DNA from: Candidatus Liptonbacteria bacterium | GTDB taxonomy: Bacteria; Patescibacteriota; Minisyncoccia; UBA6257; 2-01-FULL-56-20 | Length of the DNA: 64,000 nt | NCBI GenBank assembly: GCA_023244895.1 | Contig: JAHFLL010000001.1 | Span: forward strand, 745,802-809,801 | Direction of reading: 5' to 3' | In this document: positions 48,220 through 55,917 of the stretch, in pieces | How the letters are laid out: the number at the start of each line of letters is the position of its first letter | How positions within the stretch are numbered: the first letter of the stretch is position 1 | Translations under genes and position numbers: made by a program | The notes under the pieces: generated by a model | Seen by the model: only the letters and a program-made list of their open reading frames with translations | What the model was told of the DNA's origin: nothing | Databases searched by the model: none

Positions 48220-48721
48220 TAGCTTGTTGGAGAGCTCGCTTAGTTCCTTGATAACGACCTAAGATGTGCATCGCGTCCGGATACAAAAACCAGGCATAGC
48301 CACTATGCTCCCTGTCCGAAATACGCACTTCCGCTTTTCTGGTTTCCGCCAGATACAAAATCACAGTGTCGTAAATACGATGGCCGTCTTTCTCAAAATG
48401 AAATTTTACGTAGGTCTTAAACCCTTGCGCCAAGTGTAAATCGGCACGCTTTAGTCCGGTCTCTTCCTCGGTCTCTCGAAAGGCGGTTGCCAAGGCGTTT
48501 TCGCCCTGCTCGAAGTGCCCCTTGGGGAAGTTCCAATAGGAGCCACGCCTGTACAAGAGAAGATACTTCGTGCCTTCTTCCGTCTTGCGATACACAATAA
48601 ATCCCGCCACCACCTGTTTCTTTACGTTGGGATCATGAACCGACTGACTGGGTACGTTTGAGTGGCCATCCCTCCCGCGCGCGATATTTGTTCGATTTTG
48701 CCTGTATTGAGATTGATTCAT
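48164..48721 (-). CDS. Nudix hydrolase
   Basis: It has the Nudix box GHFEQGENALATAFRETEEETGL. Its 3' end overlaps the MGMT-like gene by 56 nt. Confidence 0.6.
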   Translation of the reverse strand: MNQSQYRQNRTNIARGRDGHSNVPSQSVHDPNVKKQVVAGFIVYRKTEEGTKYLLLYRRGSYWNFPKGHFEQGENALATAFRETEEETGLKRADLHLAQGFKTYVKFHFEKDGHRIYDTVILYLAETRKAEVRISDREHSGYAWFLYPDAMHILGRYQGTKRALQQANDFLRRKGVERRPQNTTR

Positions 48722-48841
48722 TTTCCTACTGAGATACCAATTTAATTAAGGGCTAATAATATCACGAGCGAAAAATAAATAATAATTCACAACAGATAAC
48801 CGGAGAGGGGCGACCGAGAGATAACAAAGGCGCGCCTAGAA

Positions 48842-51370
48842 TTATTCTCCGACAAAATCGAAATTCTCATCCCGATATACCAGTCGAACCGCGCTACCTT
48901 TTTTTATTTCCTGTCCCAGAATATGTTGAGCCAAGGTGGCGCGCACCTTCTCTTCTATTACCCTGCGCAACGGGCGGGCGCCGAAGGCTGGGTCATAGCC
49001 CAGTTTAGCAATCTGATCCACGGCCGACTTATCAAAGGAAAGGGATATGCCCTGGTCCTCTACCATCTTAGCTAACGCATTAAGATTTATCTCCGCCACC
49101 TGGCGAACCTCGCCTGGTTTCAAGTCGTGGAAAATGACTATTTTAGAAAAACGGTTCAATAACTCCGGCTTAAACACATCTACTAATCTTTGTTTCAGAT
49201 ACTCGCCTATCTGATGCATGGTCTGACCGGCACGCATCGCTTCGTTGATTATGTCGGAGTGCGCATTGGAAGTGGCAATAATGATGGTGTTAGAGAAGTC
49301 TACCGTGCGCCCGAGATTATCGGTCAACCGGCCATCATCCAGCACCTGCAAGAAAAGATTCAAAATATCTGGAAACGCTTTTTCAAATTCATCCAGGAGT
49401 ATCAGGGCATAGGGTTTTTTGAGTATCGCATCCGTAAGAGCACCGGAGGTAGCCCCGTCTGGAGAACCGATAAAACGATAGAAGCTTTGCTTGTCCTGGT
49501 ATTCCGTCATATCAAAACGCACCATCGCTTCTTTGGAGCCAAATTGTATTTCGGACAAAATCTTAGACAGCTCGGTCTTGCCGACTCCGGTTGGGCCCAC
49601 AAACAAGAAACTGGCGATCGGCCCACCCGGACGAGTAAGTCCGCTTCGATATTCTCGTAGAGCGTCCGCAACCGACTTAACCGCTTCCTCCTGCCCTATT
49701 AAGCGCTTATGGATTATTTCTTCTAGTTGAAGTAGTTGTTTCGCCTCCTCCTCCCCGGCCGCATGGATAGGCACATTAACCCTCTGCTCTGTGACCGCGA
49801 TAACCTGCTCCGGCCCAAGCCTCTTCTCTCCTTTCTCTAAAACGTAAGTCAGGGCGCTTTTCAAAAGATCTTCCGCGCTGGCAGGTAACATCTTTTCCCG
49901 AAAGTGACGCTTTGCCAATTGTACCGCCATCTTAATTGCTCCAAAACTGATATTAACTTTGTGCTTACCCTCCAATAAGACTGCTTCATAAGTCAAAACT
50001 CTCTGGGCGTCTCGTTCGCTTAACTCATTTATGCGTATTACTTCAAACGCGCTCGTGAAGTCGCTGCGCGGCTCTATCATCTGCTTATATTCTCTGGGGT
50101 AAGTACTGCCCACGATTGGGAACGCGTCATTCTCAATAACGGGGATAAGTGCGTCTGCGGCGGAAAGGAAGGCCTGCCCGGAGGTGTGCACTAAATTATG
50201 GATATCGGGGATATAGAGGATTATATTCCCGGCAGTCATTATCTCTTCCACTATCTCTCCAATTCGCTTCTGGACCTCTTCCGGCGCAGCACCCGAGACC
50301 ATATCCGCGATACTTAATTGCACTAAACGCTTATCAAAAAGAGGAGGCGGGACGCGATCTTTAACTAACTGCGCCGCCAAGTGTTCCACAATGGTGTTTT
50401 TTCCGGAACCATTTTCCCCCACTAGAATCACATTCGGCTTACTAATGCGCGCCAATGTTTCGGCCAAGCGCTCGTATTCCTCGCTGTGTCCTATTAAAAA
50501 TCCTACACTGCCCTCTCGGGCTTCGTCGGTCAGATCTCTCGCCAAAGAATCTAAACGCGGGGTGGGTCGGCTGGTCCAGGCCCGATTCATAATACGATGA
50601 CGCAAACCCTTTTCCCCTCCCAGAATTATGGCGTTTAAGACCTGGGGTAGTCGCGATCGCTTGCCAAATTGGCGAACAGCGGCGGAAAAAGACATGGCCT
50701 GCACGATGTCCCCAGAATCAAGCGAAAAGGTCGCGAAGGCGCGCCGAACGCTTTCATCTTCAATCTCCACCAGGCTCGCGAAGATATCCGTCACCTCCAC
50801 AAATCTCTCACGATTTTCCATGGCCTTATCAACCGCGTGACGGACCATCAATTCAATCCGGGCGTAGGTTGCCTCCTTGTTGTCCGTGGCAAAACTTTTA
50901 TCCGTTGCTAATAGCTCCTCTATCTTGTGCCGGAACTCCTCCTTTTTTATATCTAATCTATCTAAGCCCAAGCCCACCTGCTCGGATTTGCGCACTAGAT
51001 GTAAGACCATTTCTAAAAACACGTTGGTCTTTTTAATAAGCGCGTGGTCGTAAACATGCTCCAGCGCGGCGTAGGAATGAGGGCAAAGATAGTGGGCCAG
51101 ATTAACTCGCCCCTCGCTCGGCATTTCCATTAGATGACGTTGGGCTTCCCCGCGGTGCCTATACCAATCCCATAGAAAGAGCAGTAAAAGTATGCCAATT
51201 GCCCAAAGCTGGGGCATGTCCGAAAAAAGAGCGGTGACCGCGAGCGCGCCTAAGAGAGTAAAGAAGGTTGGGCCAACCACGCGCACCAAAAACCGCCCAC
51301 CCAGCGTCATACGCAAGCGCGGTTCGTCAAAAAAATATTCTCTTTTATTGGAAGAAAATACTTGAGCCAT
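48842..51370 (-). CDS. ClpA/ClpC-family AAA+ unfoldase with an N-terminal two-TM membrane anchor and a degenerate D1
   Basis: The first 90 aa contain two TM helices. D1 has an atypical Walker A GENGSGKNT and a Walker B IPDIH where IDEIH is expected. D2 is canonical (GPTGVGKT, ILLDEFEKA). There is no long M-domain. The loop that docks ClpP reads IGE rather than IGF/IGL. Confidence 0.7.
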   Translation of the reverse strand: MAQVFSSNKREYFFDEPRLRMTLGGRFLVRVVGPTFFTLLGALAVTALFSDMPQLWAIGILLLLFLWDWYRHRGEAQRHLMEMPSEGRVNLAHYLCPHSYAALEHVYDHALIKKTNVFLEMVLHLVRKSEQVGLGLDRLDIKKEEFRHKIEELLATDKSFATDNKEATYARIELMVRHAVDKAMENRERFVEVTDIFASLVEIEDESVRRAFATFSLDSGDIVQAMSFSAAVRQFGKRSRLPQVLNAIILGGEKGLRHRIMNRAWTSRPTPRLDSLARDLTDEAREGSVGFLIGHSEEYERLAETLARISKPNVILVGENGSGKNTIVEHLAAQLVKDRVPPPLFDKRLVQLSIADMVSGAAPEEVQKRIGEIVEEIMTAGNIILYIPDIHNLVHTSGQAFLSAADALIPVIENDAFPIVGSTYPREYKQMIEPRSDFTSAFEVIRINELSERDAQRVLTYEAVLLEGKHKVNISFGAIKMAVQLAKRHFREKMLPASAEDLLKSALTYVLEKGEKRLGPEQVIAVTEQRVNVPIHAAGEEEAKQLLQLEEIIHKRLIGQEEAVKSVADALREYRSGLTRPGGPIASFLFVGPTGVGKTELSKILSEIQFGSKEAMVRFDMTEYQDKQSFYRFIGSPDGATSGALTDAILKKPYALILLDEFEKAFPDILNLFLQVLDDGRLTDNLGRTVDFSNTIIIATSNAHSDIINEAMRAGQTMHQIGEYLKQRLVDVFKPELLNRFSKIVIFHDLKPGEVRQVAEINLNALAKMVEDQGISLSFDKSAVDQIAKLGYDPAFGARPLRRVIEEKVRATLAQHILGQEIKKGSAVRLVYRDENFDFVGE

Positions 51371-51719
51371 ATATTAATAAAACCGGAGGTAATAATATCC
51401 AGAATAGGTAAATAGCCAAAAAGACGACTCCGCTTATAAGATAGAAAATGCCGCCAATCAGCACGCGCAGGGAGCGGAAAACCACCCCTAAGATACGCCC
51501 GATTATAGAGTAGTCTTTGTAGAGCGGTTGAAAGAAGTGTTTAAGGGTAACTCTAAGCGCAAAAGTCCGGTCACGCTCCTCCAAAAAATCTATAAACTTA
51601 TGCGAGAACCAGATGGAGCCATCCATGTACCAATGGTGGTAGAAATCAAAAGCCCGCTCAATGGCCCGGTAGGCGATATAGACCGGCGCGAAGTTCATGG
51701 ATACATTATACAAAAGCAA
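51345..51719 (-). CDS. Small hypothetical membrane protein
   Basis: It has a C-terminal TM helix. Its 3' end overlaps the Clp-like gene start, or abuts it if the Clp protein starts at Met21. Confidence 0.3.
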   Translation of the reverse strand: MLLYNVSMNFAPVYIAYRAIERAFDFYHHWYMDGSIWFSHKFIDFLEERDRTFALRVTLKHFFQPLYKDYSIIGRILGVVFRSLRVLIGGIFYLISGVVFLAIYLFWILLPPVLLIYGSSIFFQ

Positions 51720-51775
51720 CCCGAATACTACGAATTACATCCTAATTATCCAAAAATGATTTGGGTCATTTGGAT

Positions 51776-51848
51776 GCGATTCGAAACATTCGGGTCGCTA
51801 ACCTTTATTCGGATCATTCGGGTGTGATTATAAATATTCGGGTCGCTA
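51776..51848. repeat. Iterated ATTCGG(G/A)T(C)GCTA-type direct repeats (4-5 copies)
   Basis: The copies are cgattcgaaac, cattcgggtcgcta, tattcggatc, cattcgggtgtga and tattcgggtcgcta. They lie between the UDG stop and the start of the next minus-strand gene. Confidence 0.5.
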
Positions 51849-52469
51849 TTAAAAGAGTCCCTTCTGCACCGGTTTATAAACTGCCGAACTTTTCTTGAGG
51901 GGACGTTCCGCAAGAAGCTTATCCGCTTGAGCGACTACCTTGGGTAGCTTTTTGAAATTATCCTGAAACTCCTTCATGTAGGCTGGATTGCGTAAGGCCA
52001 CCGCGGGATGGAACATGGGCACAATGAGGTGCCGAGTAGAGCGAAAAACCTTGCCCTGGTCGCGGGTAATCTTAGCCTCTGGTAAAAAATAATTCATAGA
52101 GAACCTGCCCAAAGGCACAATTACCCTAGGATTAATAATTTCTATCTGCCTCTCAAGATACGGCTTATATGCCTCAATCTCATCCGGCAGGGGGTCGCGG
52201 TTGTCGGGCGGTCTGCGCTTTACGATATTAGTAATATAAACCTCCTCCTCTTTCCAGCCCACCTCCCGAATATTCTTGCGCAATAGCTGGCCGGAACGGC
52301 CCACAAAAGGACGCACCAGCTGATCTTCCATCTGACCCGGCGCCTCTCCAATAAAAAGAACTCCTCCGTCCGGGTCGCCCTCGCCAAAGACCAGATTAGT
52401 CGTGAGCGGCAGGGATCTATCCGCCAACATCTCGTCCTTCAATTCCTGGAGTCCTGTCGCCTTGTCCAT
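51849..52469 (-). CDS. Uracil-DNA glycosylase, family 4
   Basis: It has the motif GEGDPDGGVLFIGEAPGQMEDQ...PFVGRSG and a C-terminus typical of family 4 UDGs. Confidence 0.75.
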   Translation of the reverse strand: MDKATGLQELKDEMLADRSLPLTTNLVFGEGDPDGGVLFIGEAPGQMEDQLVRPFVGRSGQLLRKNIREVGWKEEEVYITNIVKRRPPDNRDPLPDEIEAYKPYLERQIEIINPRVIVPLGRFSMNYFLPEAKITRDQGKVFRSTRHLIVPMFHPAVALRNPAYMKEFQDNFKKLPKVVAQADKLLAERPLKKSSAVYKPVQKGLF

Positions 52470-52541
52470 AAGTTAATAACTTAGAATTTAAGAGGGTGTC
52501 AATTAAATATTTGGCCGCCCAAGCTAAAAAAACAAGAATGT

Positions 52542-52823
52542 CTAGCCCCAACCCACAAAAAGACCTAGGGCCCACAAAACCATGGCTAAAAACAATAGTA
52601 TAGCCAACATGGAAGATGCCTTTGAAAAAGAGCGCGGCTTTTCTATGTTCGCACTATCTTTCATGCCCAGAATCGCGAATATTGGTGTGGCGACAAAAAG
52701 AACCCAACATGAGGTAATTACTAAACTATTACTAAACGCCACATTAAAAGATAGGCAGACCACAACATAAAGCGCAGAAAGCAGTGCGATCAAGGAGTAA
52801 AAATTCATACTCAAATCATACAA
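52542..52823 (-). CDS. Small integral membrane protein
   Basis: It is 93 aa with three hydrophobic helices. Confidence 0.3.
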   Translation of the reverse strand: MYDLSMNFYSLIALLSALYVVVCLSFNVAFSNSLVITSCWVLFVATPIFAILGMKDSANIEKPRSFSKASSMLAILLFLAMVLWALGLFVGWG

Positions 52824-52844
52824 CCAGGACCTTCTTTGTCAAAA

Positions 52845-53396
52845 TCAAATCGAACGGGCGATTAACCCAATAATTAGTATGCCCAAAGAATTTAGCGCGA
52901 AAGAAAGCGGGGCGAAATACTTGTTGGGCATCTTGGTCGCGCCCCAAATAGCGAGTCCAACCTCATCCGGCAAGGGAGAGGCGATAATAATAGCTCCCAG
53001 CAACGGGAATATCCAGCGGAATATCTTAAGGTGGAATATGTGGGACCAACGTTCCCGCTCTGGTTTATTAAACAACGCGAAGAGCGCCTCCGAGATATCG
53101 TCTCGAAAGAATCGGAAGATTAAAAAGTCTCCTAGAAGCGCGCCTAATCCTCCAAAAAGCGCCGTCCAAAAAATGGAATATTCTTGAGCTATCTCGCCCA
53201 GCGCTATAGTCGCGGGAATAGTTGTAAAGATGGAGGAGAAAAACATGCCTCCCAGGAAGCTCGCTATCATTTTGGCTTCGGAGGCAAGACCTAAAATATA
53301 CACGACCGCCTGAGTTTTAATCAGAACAAACCCCACTAAGATGCTGATAAAAATGATTACCAAGTCCCAGGCCAGTCGATTTTTCTCGAAGTTCAT
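52845..53396 (-). CDS. Integral membrane protein (small export-protein-like)
   Basis: It has 4-5 TM helices and no confident family assignment. Confidence 0.35.
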   Translation of the reverse strand: MNFEKNRLAWDLVIIFISILVGFVLIKTQAVVYILGLASEAKMIASFLGGMFFSSIFTTIPATIALGEIAQEYSIFWTALFGGLGALLGDFLIFRFFRDDISEALFALFNKPERERWSHIFHLKIFRWIFPLLGAIIIASPLPDEVGLAIWGATKMPNKYFAPLSFALNSLGILIIGLIARSI

Positions 53397-53481
53397 GATT
53401 ATGAGTATAGCAAAACCCCAGTTCGTGCGCCCACGAGGAACAACTCGACCGTGTTCACCACAAATTAAACCTCATACTCAG

Positions 53482-53665
53482 TGCTCCCGACAGGAATTGA
53501 ACCTGTATCGCCTCCCCCGCCCCGCACCTTTTGCCTACGTGCCCCCGGTTGGAATCGAACCAGCATTTCCTCCTTCGGAGGGAGATGTCCTATCCATTGA
53601 ACGACGAGGGCTTTATAAGGTGCGGGGTGAAGAGGGAGATGTCCTATCCGTTGAACGACGAGAGC
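53482..53665 (-). other. Split tRNA-like gene whose 5' half (53632-53665) and 3' half (53482-53515) flank the tRNA-Arg(CCG) gene
   Basis: The 5' half GCTCTCGTCGTTCAACGGATAGGACATCTCCCTC is a near-copy of the inner tRNA's 5' half. The 3' half GGAGG-CGAT-ACAGG-TTCAATT-CCTGT-CGGGAGC-A supplies an anticodon-stem 3' strand, a perfect T-arm and an acceptor 3' strand complementary to the upstream half, including a compensatory 3-70 T-A pair. An 11 bp inverted repeat CCCCGCACCTT / AAGGTGCGGGG brackets the inner tRNA. Confidence 0.3.
53540..53611 (-). tRNA. tRNA-Arg (anticodon CCG), 72 nt
   Basis: The acceptor stem is GCCCTCG/CGGGGGC with one G-U pair. D-arm is GTTC-AATGGATA-GGAC. Anticodon stem is TCTCC/GGAGG with loop CTCCGAA. 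T-arm is GCTGG-TTCGATT-CCAAC with one C-A mismatch. Confidence 0.7.
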
Positions 53666-53675
53666 TTTTACGCGC

Positions 53676-54791
53676 TTATCCTAATACAAAAACCCAGATT
53701 TCGTAAATCGCGGCTAGGATGAAAATATAAATTAGAGCATTGATTAAATTTCTCTGCCAACCATGGGGATGAAGTATTCTTTTGCTAACCCACAGGATTA
53801 GGACATATTCCAGACCCAAAAACACTCCTCCCACCAGTCCGATTACGCTTATAAAATTATCCAAGCCTAACAGCATCAGAAGCGGGGGCATACCAAAAAC
53901 CAGAACAGAAGACCACCACCTAGACCAGCCCAAATCCTTTTCCGCGGACTTCTTTATCTCCAGCCCCGTCGGCACATAAGAAGTCCATATCGCGAAAAAG
54001 GCCAATAGCATTACTAGCACCACGCCCAAGACTGGCCAACCCGTAAGACCGCTTAAAGTATCCGGGGTTACAACTGGCACGGAAATTAAGATCCCGATCA
54101 CAAAAGAGATATAAACCAAAACCGAGAGAAGCGTGCCTTTGTTTAGACCGGAAATAGATTCCTTAAGAGACAAGCCCCGACTCCTGGCGTATTCATAAAC
54201 GGGTTCCACTGCGGTCCAACCCGCCAGCGCGAAAAGAATCGGTCCGAATGGCAGAAGGATATTCTTCCAATTAAAGGCTGGATATGTCTTGGGTGAAACA
54301 GAGGGATTGATTATACCGAAAGCCATAAGACCCAAAACCGCGCACATAATAATCAGGGTGCCGAGCGACTCGGAAAGCATCATCTGGCCAGTTTTAAATT
54401 CAATTATAATCGTGGTGACTATCCAAAAAATCAGGAGCGCCCAAATCTCTAAACCAGGAAATGCGAGCGCTGCCAAATTTCTAACTAAGATAAGATAGGC
54501 GACCAGGGTAAGCGTCAAGCCGCCCAAAATAACCAATAAGCTCGTAAATCTCAGGGCTGGGCCGCCATGTTCTTCCGCCAGACCCAATAGACGATGTTTA
54601 CCATAGGACTCTTTAACCGTGCGCAGATATAGCCCGTGAACGTATGCCACCAGCAGGGACAAGACAATCAGATAGAAACCAGACACCAACCACCCCGAAG
54701 TAGTAAAAAGATATGGCAAGCCAAATATGCCCGCCCCTATTGTGGTGGCAGCCATAGTGCCGGCGATGGAAAGACTTTTTTTATCCAACAT
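53676..54791 (-). CDS. Amino-acid permease-like transporter (aromatic amino acid / Trp-Tyr permease-like)
   Basis: It has about 11 TM helices, and the N-terminal motif SIAGTMAATTIGAGIFGLPY resembles the aromatic amino acid permease family. Confidence 0.45.
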   Translation of the reverse strand: MLDKKSLSIAGTMAATTIGAGIFGLPYLFTTSGWLVSGFYLIVLSLLVAYVHGLYLRTVKESYGKHRLLGLAEEHGGPALRFTSLLVILGGLTLTLVAYLILVRNLAALAFPGLEIWALLIFWIVTTIIIEFKTGQMMLSESLGTLIIMCAVLGLMAFGIINPSVSPKTYPAFNWKNILLPFGPILFALAGWTAVEPVYEYARSRGLSLKESISGLNKGTLLSVLVYISFVIGILISVPVVTPDTLSGLTGWPVLGVVLVMLLAFFAIWTSYVPTGLEIKKSAEKDLGWSRWWSSVLVFGMPPLLMLLGLDNFISVIGLVGGVFLGLEYVLILWVSKRILHPHGWQRNLINALIYIFILAAIYEIWVFVLG

Positions 54792-54803
54792 CTATCTTCA
54801 AAC

Positions 54804-55190
54804 TTATTTTGCCAAGTAAACTAAATCTCCTTCTCGCACCTTCTTCTTAACCTTAAGACCTATCTCCTTACCCTTAGGCGCCAGCTTAATTGGTTTGTGA
54901 TCATACTGCATAGAAACAATTTTATCCTCAAATTTAGTGGTGGCGCCTTCAAAGCGTAATTTTGCGCCGACTCTTACCGGCTGTCTAAATTTTATAATCG
55001 CGACCCGAATATTCCCGTAAAAATGAGTTACCGTTCCAAGTGGTTTATTTGGCTTGATCTTAGGAGTCGTCTTTTTGGCAGTAACTTTTCTGGCAATTTT
55101 CTTAACCGTTTTCTTAACCGATTTTTTTACGGTCTTCTTTGTCTTTTTCTTACCTGTTGTTTTCTTGGGCATAGTGGTGAGCTTTATCAT
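54804..55190 (-). CDS. Lysine-rich (histone H1-like N-terminus) small protein with a beta-barrel-like C-terminal domain
   Basis: The N-terminus is a KKTTGKKKTKKTVKKSVKK low-complexity basic tail, and the C-terminal 80 aa are rich in beta-strand pattern. Confidence 0.35.
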   Translation of the reverse strand: MIKLTTMPKKTTGKKKTKKTVKKSVKKTVKKIARKVTAKKTTPKIKPNKPLGTVTHFYGNIRVAIIKFRQPVRVGAKLRFEGATTKFEDKIVSMQYDHKPIKLAPKGKEIGLKVKKKVREGDLVYLAK

Positions 55191-55917
55191 AAAACTCGTC
55201 TCTTATTTTGGCCTTTTTTATTATTTTCATCGCCTCTTCGGCGGTATTCACGATGGTATATATCTTAGTATCAGAAGGATCTATGTACCCCAACTTATCG
55301 CACAGAACCTCTTCCATCCAGGATATAAACGGACGCCAATGACTTTCGCCCAATAGAATAACCGGGATTGGCTCTATCTCCTTAGTTTGTATCAGAGTGA
55401 TTATCTCAAAGAACTCATCCAGGGTTCCGAAGCCGCCCGGCAAATAAACATACGCCTCGGCGGAATATGTCAGCATCAGTTTGCGCGTGAAGAAATAGTG
55501 AAACTCGCGCGACTTTTTCACATAGCCGTTTACTCTCTGTTCTTGAGGTAGCTCAATATTCAGACCCACCGACTCGCCACCGGATTCATAAGCACCCCTA
55601 TTGGCTGCCGCCATCGCTCCTGGCCCTCCCCCCGTCACAACCGTGATACCCTCTTTAGCTAAGAGTCGGCCTAGCTTGCGAGCCTCCTCATACCAGGGAT
55701 CGCCCTCCGCGGTGCGGGTAGAACCAAAAACACTAACCGATTTTTGGAAATCCGCCACAAACTCCCAACCCATAGCGAACTCCGACATAACTCGGAACAT
55801 GCGCCACGACATGGACGAACGGAAGTCTTTAAAATCATTATGCCCCTTAGGCTTGTTGTTAAACATAATAAAATTATAGCACAACCGATTCGCCTGATTT
55901 TGGCACCACAGTCTCAA
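55150..55917 (-). CDS. LOG-family protein (cytokinin riboside 5'-monophosphate phosphoribohydrolase-like / TIGR00730)
   Basis: It has the motifs VFGSTRT, GGGPGAMAAANRGA and PGGFGTLDEFFE. The start is probably at the internal Met MFNNKPKG. Confidence 0.7.
   Translation of the reverse strand: MRLWCQNQANRLCYNFIMFNNKPKGHNDFKDFRSSMSWRMFRVMSEFAMGWEFVADFQKSVSVFGSTRTAEGDPWYEEARKLGRLLAKEGITVVTGGGPGAMAAANRGAYESGGESVGLNIELPQEQRVNGYVKKSREFHYFFTRKLMLTYSAEAYVYLPGGFGTLDEFFEIITLIQTKEIEPIPVILLGESHWRPFISWMEEVLCDKLGYIDPSDTKIYTIVNTAEEAMKIIKKAKIRDEFYDKAHHYAQENNR

Noticed and set aside
53401-53480. Short inverted repeat atgagtata / tcatactcag flanking 53410-53470
   Set aside because: It is only about 9 bp, with no accompanying feature, and is likely chance.
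55150-55190. 41 nt overlap between the LOG-family gene and the Lys-rich protein gene, which might be a frameshift
   Set aside because: Both ORFs have plausible internal starts that reduce the overlap, and there is no evidence of a disrupted domain.
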